Shown here: positions 26,624 through 36,000 of the stretch, piece by piece
Position numbering within the stretch: position 1 is the stretch's first letter
Layout: each line of letters opens with the position of its first letter
Virus record (IMG/VR): IMGVR_UViG_3300038372_000007
Coordinates: 1 to 52,262 of that record
Reading direction: 5' to 3' (one strand)
DNA: 52,262 nucleotides
DNA from: a virus
Taxonomy: Duplodnaviria; Caudoviricetes
The notes under the pieces: model-generated
Seen by the model: the letters and a program-made list of their open reading frames with translations, nothing else
Databases searched by the model: none
Told to the model about the DNA's origin: nothing
Position numbers and translations under genes: made by a program

Positions 26624-27094
26624 CTACTGCACCGGAGCCGCTGGCTTCTCGCCCTCGTCAGCGATGAACGGCAGCAGCGCAACCATGTCCACCGGGCTGA
26701 TCTCCGCCTTGTCGCCCAACTGCTCCAGGGTGAGCGGCCTGAACTCGAAGGCTACTTCGGTGCTCGCCAGGTCCTGGTATCCCTTGCCGAAGGCATCCTT
26801 GTCCGCCTCGGGGATGTTCTCGACATCGTACTGGTAGTCGCCCCGGTAGTCCTTGCCGCAGACGATCCTCGCGCCCGCCTCGTCGATGCGGAACCTCACC
26901 GGAGTCCCGTCCTCGGCTTTCAGGGAATACTCCTCCAGGAGCCTGAGCCTGGCGGTCTGGAAGTCCTGGAGCTCGCGCTGCGCCCTGGCTAGGAACTTCC
27001 CCAGCCAGTAGGCTGATTTGATAGGCAGCTTCTGGGTCAGGATGCCCTGGAGCGAGGAAACGGTGGTCTGGAGATCGCCTAGCTTGAATATCAT
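26624..27094 (-). CDS. Hypothetical protein (possible fibre chaperone)
   Basis: LPIKSAYWL...LLEEY pattern. Directly follows the large fibre-like gene. Confidence 0.6.
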   Translation of the reverse strand: MIFKLGDLQTTVSSLQGILTQKLPIKSAYWLGKFLARAQRELQDFQTARLRLLEEYSLKAEDGTPVRFRIDEAGARIVCGKDYRGDYQYDVENIPEADKDAFGKGYQDLASTEVAFEFRPLTLEQLGDKAEISPVDMVALLPFIADEGEKPAAPVQ

Positions 27095-27120
27095 CCTTCG
27101 GTCATCCTCCTTGGATTGCA

Positions 27121-27152
27121 AAGAGAGGGGAGGCCCCTTTCGGAGTCTCCCC
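27121..27152 (-). terminator. Intrinsic terminator-like hairpin
   Basis: GGGGAGACTCCGAAAGGGGCCTCCCC followed by TCTCTTT on the minus strand. Confidence 0.6.
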
Positions 27153-27159
27153 GGTTGAG

Positions 27160-30100
27160 TTACGCCACGCTGTTGCATATGATGGCGTATGCTACGCCGT
27201 CGATGTCCACCTTCAAGTACCTCTTGGTGGTGCCCGTCGGTTCAGCAGCGACCAGCATATCCCTGGCACCGCCGGGTTGGATGGTGAGGAAGTTGTCCGG
27301 CAAATTGATGCCCTGGAAGTAGATGCCGGTCTTCGCCACGCCCAATTCCTGCAAGGCGCACACGATAAACGCGTCGAGGCCCGTGCCCTTCGTGGTATTG
27401 AACTTGTGCAGGAATATGTTCGAGAAGTAGTCGGTCGCGCCCAGTTCCTTCATGTCCACGACCAGCCCGCTGACCAGGTTGGTCGCCAGGTTGGGGCTGC
27501 CACTCAGGGGCATGCGGATGTACATGCCGTTGATGTTGCCCGTCCCGGCCACCGTGACCTGATCCAGGATGCCGTTGAACCGCGTCGACGCGCCGCCGGT
27601 CCTGCTGCCGCCAGCGGTTACGAGAAGGGAGACCGCGTTCCCGACGCCAGTGCCGAACGTGGTGCTGTCGGTCAGGGTGATCCCCAGGCCGTTGTCAGCA
27701 TCCGTGCCCGCTATGGTGCCGAGGGCCAGGTCAAGTGCCCCTGCCGCGCTGTTGTTGAGGGTCGCCGCATTACGGAACCTCACGTCAGCCGTCGGGGTCC
27801 CCATGCCGTTGAGGTCGATGCCGTAAGTCCAGTTGCCTGCTGAGGGTGCCAGCACACGCACGCCCGAAGCGACCCCTGTGATGGTGCCGCCCAGGTTCCC
27901 GCTTACCGAGACACCGGCAGCCTGAGAACTTGCTGCCAGAGTGCTGCCGGATGCCAGATCCAGCGAGGCGTGCAAGGCTGATACGATTGCTCGCGCACCG
28001 GCGCTGTTGTCAATGGTCACTCCCGTAGGTATCAGGAAATGAGCCCAGACACCCGACAGGTTGCCGATGCCCGTGTAGTTGGCATATACCCACTGCGAGG
28101 CGTGCAAGGCACTGGCAGACACGGCGATCCCGCCAGCGACGACCTTGGTTAGGATGTGCCGGACCATGACGGATTCAGTAGAACCTGCGGTCATGGCCAC
28201 CCCGCCGTCATCGGCGAAGAAACCCGAACCCTGATAGTTCGTGGCGTTGAGGGCCACGCCGCTGCCAGACGCGGTAGCGGAACTGCCGACGCGGATGCCC
28301 CGCGTGACCGTGGCCGGAAGGACGATACCCGTACCATCGACCCGGAAGACCTCGGCGATAGTCGCGCCGCCAGTGACCGTCTCGACCGTGAAGGCTCCAG
28401 CTTCCGCGCCCGCAGTAACGCCCGTCATCAGGGCCTTGAGATTGACGACCGCCTTCTGCGCGGGAGTCGTATTCATCCCCGAAGCGATGAGCTGCCAGAT
28501 CACGTCGTTGGCTGAACAAACTGCCGCTGCGCGGGCCTTCGTCGCGGTCCAGGTCACGCCGGTCGCGTCAACTTCGATGTTCTTCGAGGCTATGTCGCCG
28601 AGAGAGTTGACGCTGAACCTGGTGGCAGCAGCCGAGTCGGTGACTATGAAACTGGTCGCGCCTGCGGCTTCGGGAAGGACCACTGTGACATCTGCCATCA
28701 GTTCGAGACGAACCGACGCAGCCGCACCACCGAACATCGTACTGAAGAATATCCGACCACTCTCCGTGCCAGCCCCAACGTTCATTATCTGGGCCACCAT
28801 GTTTCCCACGGTCTTTAGGGCAGGAGTCGCGTTCATACCTTGGAAGTCCAACTGGTAGATGGTGTCGGTGGCCACGCAGACCGCACCCGCCGCGCGAGAC
28901 TTCTTCGAGATCCAGTAGGTGCCCGAGGCATCGGCTTCCTTGTTGTAGGAAGTGATGTCGCCCGCCGTCGAGATCCCGAACTCGGTGAGGTTCGCACCGA
29001 AGGCAACGGCGCCCTTGGCGTTGACTGCGCCTGCCGCAGACACCGTGAACATGGTGCTGACGACCGCGATGGAGCCATCTGCCGCCACCGTGAACTCGGT
29101 CCCGTTCGTACCCGCACCGATGGTGCCCTTGAGAAGCGTATTGCCTGATGCGGCGGTCACGACGAACTTACTAGCGCCTACGGTGAAGTCTCCGGTAGAC
29201 TTGACCGTGCTGGCCGCAACGACCGCACCGGCAGCCGATACCGTGAACCCGGTCGTCGCTATCGCGAGAGAACCGTCAGCCGCCACAGTGAATGTGGTTC
29301 CGTTGGTTCCTGCGCCGAACGTGCTCTTGAGCACCGTGGCTCCTGAGGAAGCCGTCACCACGAACTTATCCGTACCGACCTGGAAGTTCACCGTGGAGTT
29401 GACCACGTCCGCGATGGAGAGCCGCTCCGCTAAGGCCCCGTTGACCGCCGTGAGGAACGAGAGCGAACCGTCCTCGGACCCTGCGGTCTTGTCGGTGAGG
29501 ATCGCCTTGAGTTCCGCGACCGTCACGAGTGCAGGCGTGGCGTTCATGCCCTGGGCTATGATGTCGAGCAGCACGTCGTTGTTCGAGCACGCCGCACCCG
29601 CCGCCCTGGATTTCTTGACCGTCCATGTAGTCCCGGTGGCGTCAGCCTCCTGGTTGTAGGAGGAGAGGTCAGCCGAGGTCGCATTGACCGTGAACTTGGT
29701 TGTATTGACCGAGAAGTTTCCGACTACGTTGAGGGTCCCGGAGAAGGTGATCGCCGCGACCGTGAACGCGAGGACTCCGCTCACCGCGTTGTCGATGAGC
29801 GCCCCGTTCTGGAGCCGGAAGTCGCTGGTGAACGCCTTGTGGTCCGTAGGCGTGCCGCCGTTTACGTCGACCGCGATGCTCGTTGTCTGGGCCGCAGACG
29901 AGTTGTTGAAGATCACGAGGCCCTGGGCGAGAGTCGAACTGCCTCCGTTCGCGCCGTCGAGCGAAACCTCGAAACCCCTAATCGTGGTGCCGGTCTTGGT
30001 CTTGACGTCGACTGAGACGTAGACCCCGGTGAGGCCGTCGATGTTGGCGCCGTTGCCCGACGGGTCCGCGGCCCGCGCCTTGATCTCCGCGCCCCTGATG

Positions 30101-30285
30101 GTGCCGGTGCCCGTAGTCGTGCCGTTGGTGGCCACGGCGTAGATGCCTCTGAGCGTCCCGGTGAGGGCCGTGGAACCCTGGGTGATCTGGGCGTAGACGC
30201 CGCTCGCGCCGTTGGCGACCTCGCAGACCTGCTTCTGGTCGAGACCGCCGACCAGTTGCCTGCCTCGGGTTGCTCTGTTGTACAC
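27160..30285 (-). CDS. 1041-aa repetitive fibre-like protein in the head module
   Basis: A/G/T/S-rich beta strands with internal repeats. AAGGAGG RBS. Confidence 0.7.
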   Translation of the reverse strand: MYNRATRGRQLVGGLDQKQVCEVANGASGVYAQITQGSTALTGTLRGIYAVATNGTTTGTGTIRGAEIKARAADPSGNGANIDGLTGVYVSVDVKTKTGTTIRGFEVSLDGANGGSSTLAQGLVIFNNSSAAQTTSIAVDVNGGTPTDHKAFTSDFRLQNGALIDNAVSGVLAFTVAAITFSGTLNVVGNFSVNTTKFTVNATSADLSSYNQEADATGTTWTVKKSRAAGAACSNNDVLLDIIAQGMNATPALVTVAELKAILTDKTAGSEDGSLSFLTAVNGALAERLSIADVVNSTVNFQVGTDKFVVTASSGATVLKSTFGAGTNGTTFTVAADGSLAIATTGFTVSAAGAVVAASTVKSTGDFTVGASKFVVTAASGNTLLKGTIGAGTNGTEFTVAADGSIAVVSTMFTVSAAGAVNAKGAVAFGANLTEFGISTAGDITSYNKEADASGTYWISKKSRAAGAVCVATDTIYQLDFQGMNATPALKTVGNMVAQIMNVGAGTESGRIFFSTMFGGAAASVRLELMADVTVVLPEAAGATSFIVTDSAAATRFSVNSLGDIASKNIEVDATGVTWTATKARAAAVCSANDVIWQLIASGMNTTPAQKAVVNLKALMTGVTAGAEAGAFTVETVTGGATIAEVFRVDGTGIVLPATVTRGIRVGSSATASGSGVALNATNYQGSGFFADDGGVAMTAGSTESVMVRHILTKVVAGGIAVSASALHASQWVYANYTGIGNLSGVWAHFLIPTGVTIDNSAGARAIVSALHASLDLASGSTLAASSQAAGVSVSGNLGGTITGVASGVRVLAPSAGNWTYGIDLNGMGTPTADVRFRNAATLNNSAAGALDLALGTIAGTDADNGLGITLTDSTTFGTGVGNAVSLLVTAGGSRTGGASTRFNGILDQVTVAGTGNINGMYIRMPLSGSPNLATNLVSGLVVDMKELGATDYFSNIFLHKFNTTKGTGLDAFIVCALQELGVAKTGIYFQGINLPDNFLTIQPGGARDMLVAAEPTGTTKRYLKVDIDGVAYAIICNSVA

Positions 30286-30367
30286 TTCAGTTCATCCTCC
30301 TTAAATTCAGAGGGCGAGCCCGGATGCTGAATTTCCCCCGGGCCTCGCCCTTCGGACGAGTCTGCCG

Positions 30368-30706
30368 CTATCTCCCTAAGACACAGGCCCCAGGGGGGGC
30401 TACCTCCTGGAGCATCTTCTCCTCCCGCTCCTCGCGGGCGTCCTGCTGAACCGGACTCAGAGCGCGGCCGGAGTGCCGCTTCTTGCCGTGGGCGTCCCTC
30501 TCCGCGAAGCCGATGAACTCCGCCCCGCATGCGGCGCAGACGAAGGTCTCCGCGTGCTTCTGGAACGCCGAATCCACGACGCCGAAGTAGCCGAGGCGCA
30601 CGAGCTTCTCGTCGTTCCTAGCCCCGACTAGTTCGGTTATCTGCCCCCGGTCCAGCTCCTTGCCGGCGTACTCGAAGGGCCGCTTGGCCCAGTACCGTTT
30701 GGCCAT
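30368..30706 (-). CDS. Hypothetical protein with a C2H2-like zinc finger
   Basis: FVCAACGAEF...RDAHGKKRH. Confidence 0.65.
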   Translation of the reverse strand: MAKRYWAKRPFEYAGKELDRGQITELVGARNDEKLVRLGYFGVVDSAFQKHAETFVCAACGAEFIGFAERDAHGKKRHSGRALSPVQQDAREEREEKMLQEVAPPGACVLGR

Positions 30707-31662
30707 TACACGATCACCGCCGAAGCGTAGAGCCCGGCATCAGCGCCGACTCTGCGCTGGTCGAAGTACGTGTTGCCCTCTATGATGTCCACCTCGCGCT
30801 CCTCGTCCCTCATGCGCTTGATGTACTGGAGCGCGTTGGCCACGACCTGCCAGACGAAGGTGTAGCAGGCAGCCGGGGTCATGAGGCTCGGAGTCGCGGG
30901 GACATAGAGCATCAGGGCGTTCTTGCCCCAGATGCGGGTGTACGTCACGCTGGCCTCAGCCGTGCCCTCGGCCGTGGCGGTGTAGAGAGCCTTGCCGATG
31001 AACACCCTGTCGAGCTCAGCCAGGGTCTTGAACAGGTCGAGAGACACTTGCCCCTTCTGCGTGTACTTGATCGTGTCCACGAGGTCGGGGTGCCACTTGA
31101 GTATGCTCCAGACCTGCTTGCCCATGACGAACGTTCCCGGCTCGCGGCCGATCAGGGCCTCGACGGTGTCCCGCCAGTCCGTTATGTCGGTGAGCGGGGA
31201 GCTGTTCGCGTAGTCGCTCCACTTCGTGAAGTCCGTGGTGCCGACCTTGTTGGTCGTCCAAACACTGGTCGTGAACAGGGTCGACGCGAAGTTCCGCTCC
31301 CTCCTGAGCTGGATCTTGTCCGTCACGAACTCCGTGGCCTCACGGTCGAGGTTGAACGGCGCGTCCGCGTTGGCGCGATCCTGGTCGGCGATCTCCTTGC
31401 GGTAGCTGTATTCCGGGCAGAAGTACGTGTTCGTGAGGTCAACCGTCCAGCCGCCGCCCTCCGACTTCGTTCCGGGAGCCCTCAATTTCGCTTCGTCGCG
31501 GAACCAGTGGGACTTGTCGTACTGCGGGATGAAGTCCGATTGCTTCTTTACTTGCACGATGGGGCAAATCTGGTCGGCGATGTATTCCAGGTTCTTGTAG
31601 CCGACCGAGATGTTGGTGAGCAATCCGTCTACGTGCAGATCACTGCCTAGAGGTCCAGGCAT
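30706..31662 (-). CDS. Major capsid protein (lambda gpE-like family)
   Basis: DGLLTNISVGYKN...IADQICP, RAPG, KWSD...PLTDI and synteny. Confidence 0.9.
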   Translation of the reverse strand: MPGPLGSDLHVDGLLTNISVGYKNLEYIADQICPIVQVKKQSDFIPQYDKSHWFRDEAKLRAPGTKSEGGGWTVDLTNTYFCPEYSYRKEIADQDRANADAPFNLDREATEFVTDKIQLRRERNFASTLFTTSVWTTNKVGTTDFTKWSDYANSSPLTDITDWRDTVEALIGREPGTFVMGKQVWSILKWHPDLVDTIKYTQKGQVSLDLFKTLAELDRVFIGKALYTATAEGTAEASVTYTRIWGKNALMLYVPATPSLMTPAACYTFVWQVVANALQYIKRMRDEEREVDIIEGNTYFDQRRVGADAGLYASAVIV

Positions 31663-31697
31663 GTCTAAACTACCTCCTCAGATTATCCAGAGAGAAC

Positions 31698-32084
31698 CTA
31701 TACGTTGAGCTGGAACGGGCCGGTCAGCTTCACGCGGATGATGGTCCCGAGCGCGGTGGATGCATCCAGGGCCTGGCCCAGGACGTAGTCCTTGTTCGTG
31801 GACTTCTTGATCCCATGGCCGCTCGCATCGGTCCCGATCCAGTTCCCGACGCTGATACCCGTGCCACTGCCGTCCGAGTACACCTTGGAGATGCCAAGGA
31901 ACATCACGGCTGCGGCTTCATCCTCGTCGGGTTCGTTCTGCAAGACGCCGTAGGGAATGTCCCCCGCGCCGTCGCAAACGTCAACCTGGTCCGCTGCGCT
32001 CAGCTCCACGATGTGGTACTGGCAGGCGGTCAGGTCGTTCTCAGCTTTTGCCGAGTGAGTCCACAGACTGAACTCGGTCGCCAT
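31698..32084 (-). CDS. Capsid cement/decoration protein (DUF2190-like)
   Basis: GVLQN, GISKV, GTDASG and GQAL. Precedes the MCP. Confidence 0.75.
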   Translation of the reverse strand: MATEFSLWTHSAKAENDLTACQYHIVELSAADQVDVCDGAGDIPYGVLQNEPDEDEAAAVMFLGISKVYSDGSGTGISVGNWIGTDASGHGIKKSTNKDYVLGQALDASTALGTIIRVKLTGPFQLNV

Positions 32085-32120
32085 TGAAGTGATTCCTCCC
32101 TCAAATCCTCCAAGAGATGC

Positions 32121-33059
32121 CTATACCTTGACTACCGTTTCTTTCTTGTACTGCTCGTAAAGCTCGGGGTGCTCGGCCATGACCTTGCCCATAGCCTCGG
32201 CCGAAGTCGCCTTCGCGTCCTTCTGGACGATGCCGGCCACCATCTGCATGACCTTCTCGGTCGCAGACCCGGCTACCGGCGCGCCGCCGCCCCTGCCGAG
32301 CTCCGCGAACAGCTGGCCCTTGGCGATGGCTTCGCTGGACGCCTTGAGCACGGGGTAGAGCTTCGCGTAGAGCGCGGGGTCCTTTTCCTCGATGCCCTTG
32401 AGGACCGCGCCGAGGTCCTCGGCCTTGGCCCCCGGAAGGTCCGCCAGTTCTGCCGCTGCCTTCTCGACGTACTCCTTCAGGACGCGCTTGTCGCGCTCTT
32501 CCTTGGCCACTTTCTCGGCCTCGATGGCGCGCTTGGTAATGGCCTCGTTCTCTTTCCAGAGGGCCTCGATGGCCGGCCGGACAGCCTCGGGAACGCCGGA
32601 GAAGTCCATCGTACCGTCGGCTTTCTTGACGGGGAAGGTGTACTTATCCTTGTCCTTGTCCGCCTGCTTCTTGGCCTCTTCGACCTTCTTGGCCTCTTCC
32701 TCTTGCTTCTTCTTGTCTTCCTCGTCTTTCTGCTTCTGCGCCGGCTCAGGGTATCCGTAGCCGCCCAGCTCAGCCAGGGTCTTCAGGACATCCTTCGGCA
32801 GTTCGTCCTTGTACGCGCCGAGCAGCCTGAGAGCGCCCTTGACAGCGTTCTGGCCCTTCTCCGAGAGCTTGGCCGCCTTGAGCACCTTGTCCACCTTTTC
32901 CTCATCCTCGAGATCCGTCTCAAGGACTGCCTTCAGGATCGCTTCGTCCAACATCCCAGATTCCTCCTCAGACTTCAAGATGAGAAACTTTTTCCTATTT
33001 GCCATCTTAGGCACCATCGCCACCTCAAGGGCGTCGAGGTCCTTAAGCCTTTGCGTCAT
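32121..33059 (-). CDS. Capsid scaffolding protein
   Basis: K/E-rich coiled coil with EVAMVPKMANRKKFLILK. Lies between the protease and cement/MCP genes. Confidence 0.75.
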   Translation of the reverse strand: MTQRLKDLDALEVAMVPKMANRKKFLILKSEEESGMLDEAILKAVLETDLEDEEKVDKVLKAAKLSEKGQNAVKGALRLLGAYKDELPKDVLKTLAELGGYGYPEPAQKQKDEEDKKKQEEEAKKVEEAKKQADKDKDKYTFPVKKADGTMDFSGVPEAVRPAIEALWKENEAITKRAIEAEKVAKEERDKRVLKEYVEKAAAELADLPGAKAEDLGAVLKGIEEKDPALYAKLYPVLKASSEAIAKGQLFAELGRGGGAPVAGSATEKVMQMVAGIVQKDAKATSAEAMGKVMAEHPELYEQYKKETVVKV

Positions 33060-36000
33060 GCGACCGCCTCCCGAACTCCGAAACCTCCGACAGAGAAGCC
33101 TTGATATTCGCCCTGCTTGATGGCGGACCAAAGCTTGCTGTCAGAGACATGTACCCCCAACACCCAGCTCCCCTTCTTCACCTTCTGACCCCCCATTTCG
33201 AACGCATCGGGGGCCACGTAGGACTCGACCACTTCGGCGTCGGCCTTCTTCGAATGCCGGTCGCTGATTACCCGCGACTTCACGAGGAAACGGTGCGCCG
33301 CCTTCTCGATCTCATCGGCGGAGATCACATCGCCCTGCGTGTCAACAGTCTCAGGTTCAAGCACCACGCCGTAGACCAACTGCTTCTCATCGTCGGCCTT
33401 GAGGATCTGGGCGAAGTACTCTTTGGCTACCCTGGCGGAGGTCACGTCTATCAGCCTCGGTTTGCCACCTTCCTCGGGGTCGCGCCAGATCAGGTGCCGT
33501 TGTCCCTTGCCGCGAAGCTCGCTCGTCACATCAGCGAGGTCGTGGGCCTTGGCATAAGGCGTTTGCGAGGTTGGCTTATCTATCAGCCAGACTCTCCGCC
33601 CGCCGATAGGCGCGAACTCGACGAGGAACCGGCCCTTGAGCTTCTCCCCGTGGAGGAATACCTCGAACATGTGCTCCCGCCAGCAGCCCATCTCGTAGGC
33701 GCCGCGGTCGTAAGCGAAGAACTTGCTGTACTTCTCGCTGGTCGCCCCGACGCCGCCGGGCTCAGTCACCATCGGTTTTCCAACACCGACATCGAGCCAG
33801 GCTGAGGGCTGAGCCAGCTTGAACTGCCCTTGCAGGTTGTCGTCCTGCGGGAGCGTCGTCAGGCGGTCGCCGCCCGCCCTGCGGTTGTCTTGCGTCGTGC
33901 CCAGGAACACGCTGAAGCCCCAGAGTTTCCCATCGGCTTCAAAGCGCAGGTCACCGTGCAGGCTGTGGGAGGTGTCGAGCAGCTCCTTCTCATCGAGCTT
34001 GCTCTCGTCCTCGGAGAGCCCGCGAAAGTGATGGTGATAGGTATAACGCCCTTTGCCATCGGGCGGGAACATCCGAAACCAGTTGTCAGCCCAGAACTTG
34101 GCCGCGGCCTCGGCCGTGGTCTCGCCCTCGTCGTCGGCCTTCTCAATGGTGCCAGTCTTGAGCCATCGGGCCAGTGCCCTATCCCAGGCGTCATCGCTCC
34201 AGCCTAGTTCCTTGACCTGAGCCTTGCCAAGAACCTTATCGAGCGGAGGCTCGCAGTTGAATGCCCCAACATCCGGCATCTTCACCGCAATCCACCGGGC
34301 TTTACCGCTTTCCACAAGGTAGTACCGCTCGCCCCAGCCATCGTTGATCCGCCAGATGGAGCGACCACTCTCCGAAGCCACTTCCCTTGTGCTGTGGCGC
34401 TCGACATTCTCCCCGGAGTCCCTCATGGTTGACGCATAAGCTTCCTCGACCATGGCCTTCGGATCGGCCTTCTTCACTTCTTCCAGCGCCCGCCCTATCT
34501 GCTTGAGCTTCCGCGCCAGCTCGCCGGAGTCGCCGAACCTACGGATCGCGGAGGGGTGAGGCAGCGTGAAGTCCGCCCGGTCGCCCAGCGCCGCCTTAGC
34601 CGTCTGGCCCAGGGCCACCACGATACCGGGCTGCACCTCGTCAAGTTGCCTGGCAAGCCACGGCTTCCACTCCTCGACTTCCGCAGGAGTAGGTTCGCGG
34701 ACGTTGCCCTTCTCGTCGGTAAGGTAGAGGGGCACGGTGTTGGTCAAGAAAACATCCTTGCGGCTGAGGCCGAGGGGCGTCAGGTACGACTCGTTCAGCA
34801 CCGCGCCGGCAGGACCCACGAAAGGCTCGCCCCGGGCGGCCTCGGTCGCTCCAGGGGATGCCCCGACGAACATGATCCTGGCATCCTTGGGCCCGGCGCC
34901 GGGCACGATCTCGCCCACGGACTTTTGCAGGACCTGGCCGCGCTCGGCTACGTCGATGGCCTGGGCCGCGGTGTACGGCTCCTTGCGCGTGTCGTCCACG
35001 TCCACCGGCCGCGCCCCGAGCCACGCGAGGTGCTTCTTCTCCTCGTCGGGAAGGAGTTCCAGGATTTCGACCGTTATCACATCGCTGACCTGGGCCTTGA
35101 CCTGGCTGGTCGAGAACGTCTTCCCCAGGTCGATGTATTCCTTGTCCCCGACCTTCCGGGTGTTCTTCCAGTCCATGCCCACGCTCGGCAGGAGGCCGCA
35201 ATAGTAGTTCACCGTACCGGGAGTCTTGGTCTGCTGGACTTCCAGCACCTTCACTTTGAGCTCGCAAATTTTCTTGAGCTTACTCCAAGAATCCGTTACC
35301 CCGTCCAGCTCGTACTTCCCGCTCGCCGTCTTAGCCACGAGACCCTCGGAGCGGTCCTGGCTGAACGCCCACCTGGCCGCCACCTTGAGCTCGGGCAGCG
35401 TCTCGACCCAGCGGACCTCGGTGATGCCGAAGCCGGTCTTGCCCTTGAGGTGCTTCTTGTCGAACTCCTCAAGGCTCTCTCGCCGCTCCTCGAAGGGCTT
35501 GTCGTGCAAGTCCTCCTGCCAGTACGGCAGGTCAAAGGCGGTGAGCACCGGCGTCTCGTCCTCAGCGAACTCCGGCTTGTCGGCGTTGAACCGCATGAGG
35601 TCGGGCCTTGGCTCCCGCTTGCCGCCCCTCAGGATCCCGATGTCGCAGTCCAGGATGAAGTCGGAGTCGACCTTCTCCAGCGCGGCTTTGAGTCCGGGGA
35701 ACTTGCCGAGTTGGTCCTTGCCCATCTGGCCCTCGAACCAGAGTTCGACGCGGGAGGCCTTGCGGATCGCCAGGGACCGGAAGCCATTCAGCTTCGGTTC
35801 AACATCCGCCTTGCCCTTATCCTTCGCCCACTTCTCCCAGAGCTCGTCTACCGTGTAGAGTTCGGTGTACAGCGCCACCTGCGGCTTCGGAGGGACGAAC
35901 CTGTCGAAGGGTTCCAGCGCCGCCTTACTCACGCCTTCCGGCTTGCGCAGGATGCCTCGGACGTACACGAGGTCGCCGTTCTCGATTTCCTCGAGCTTCT

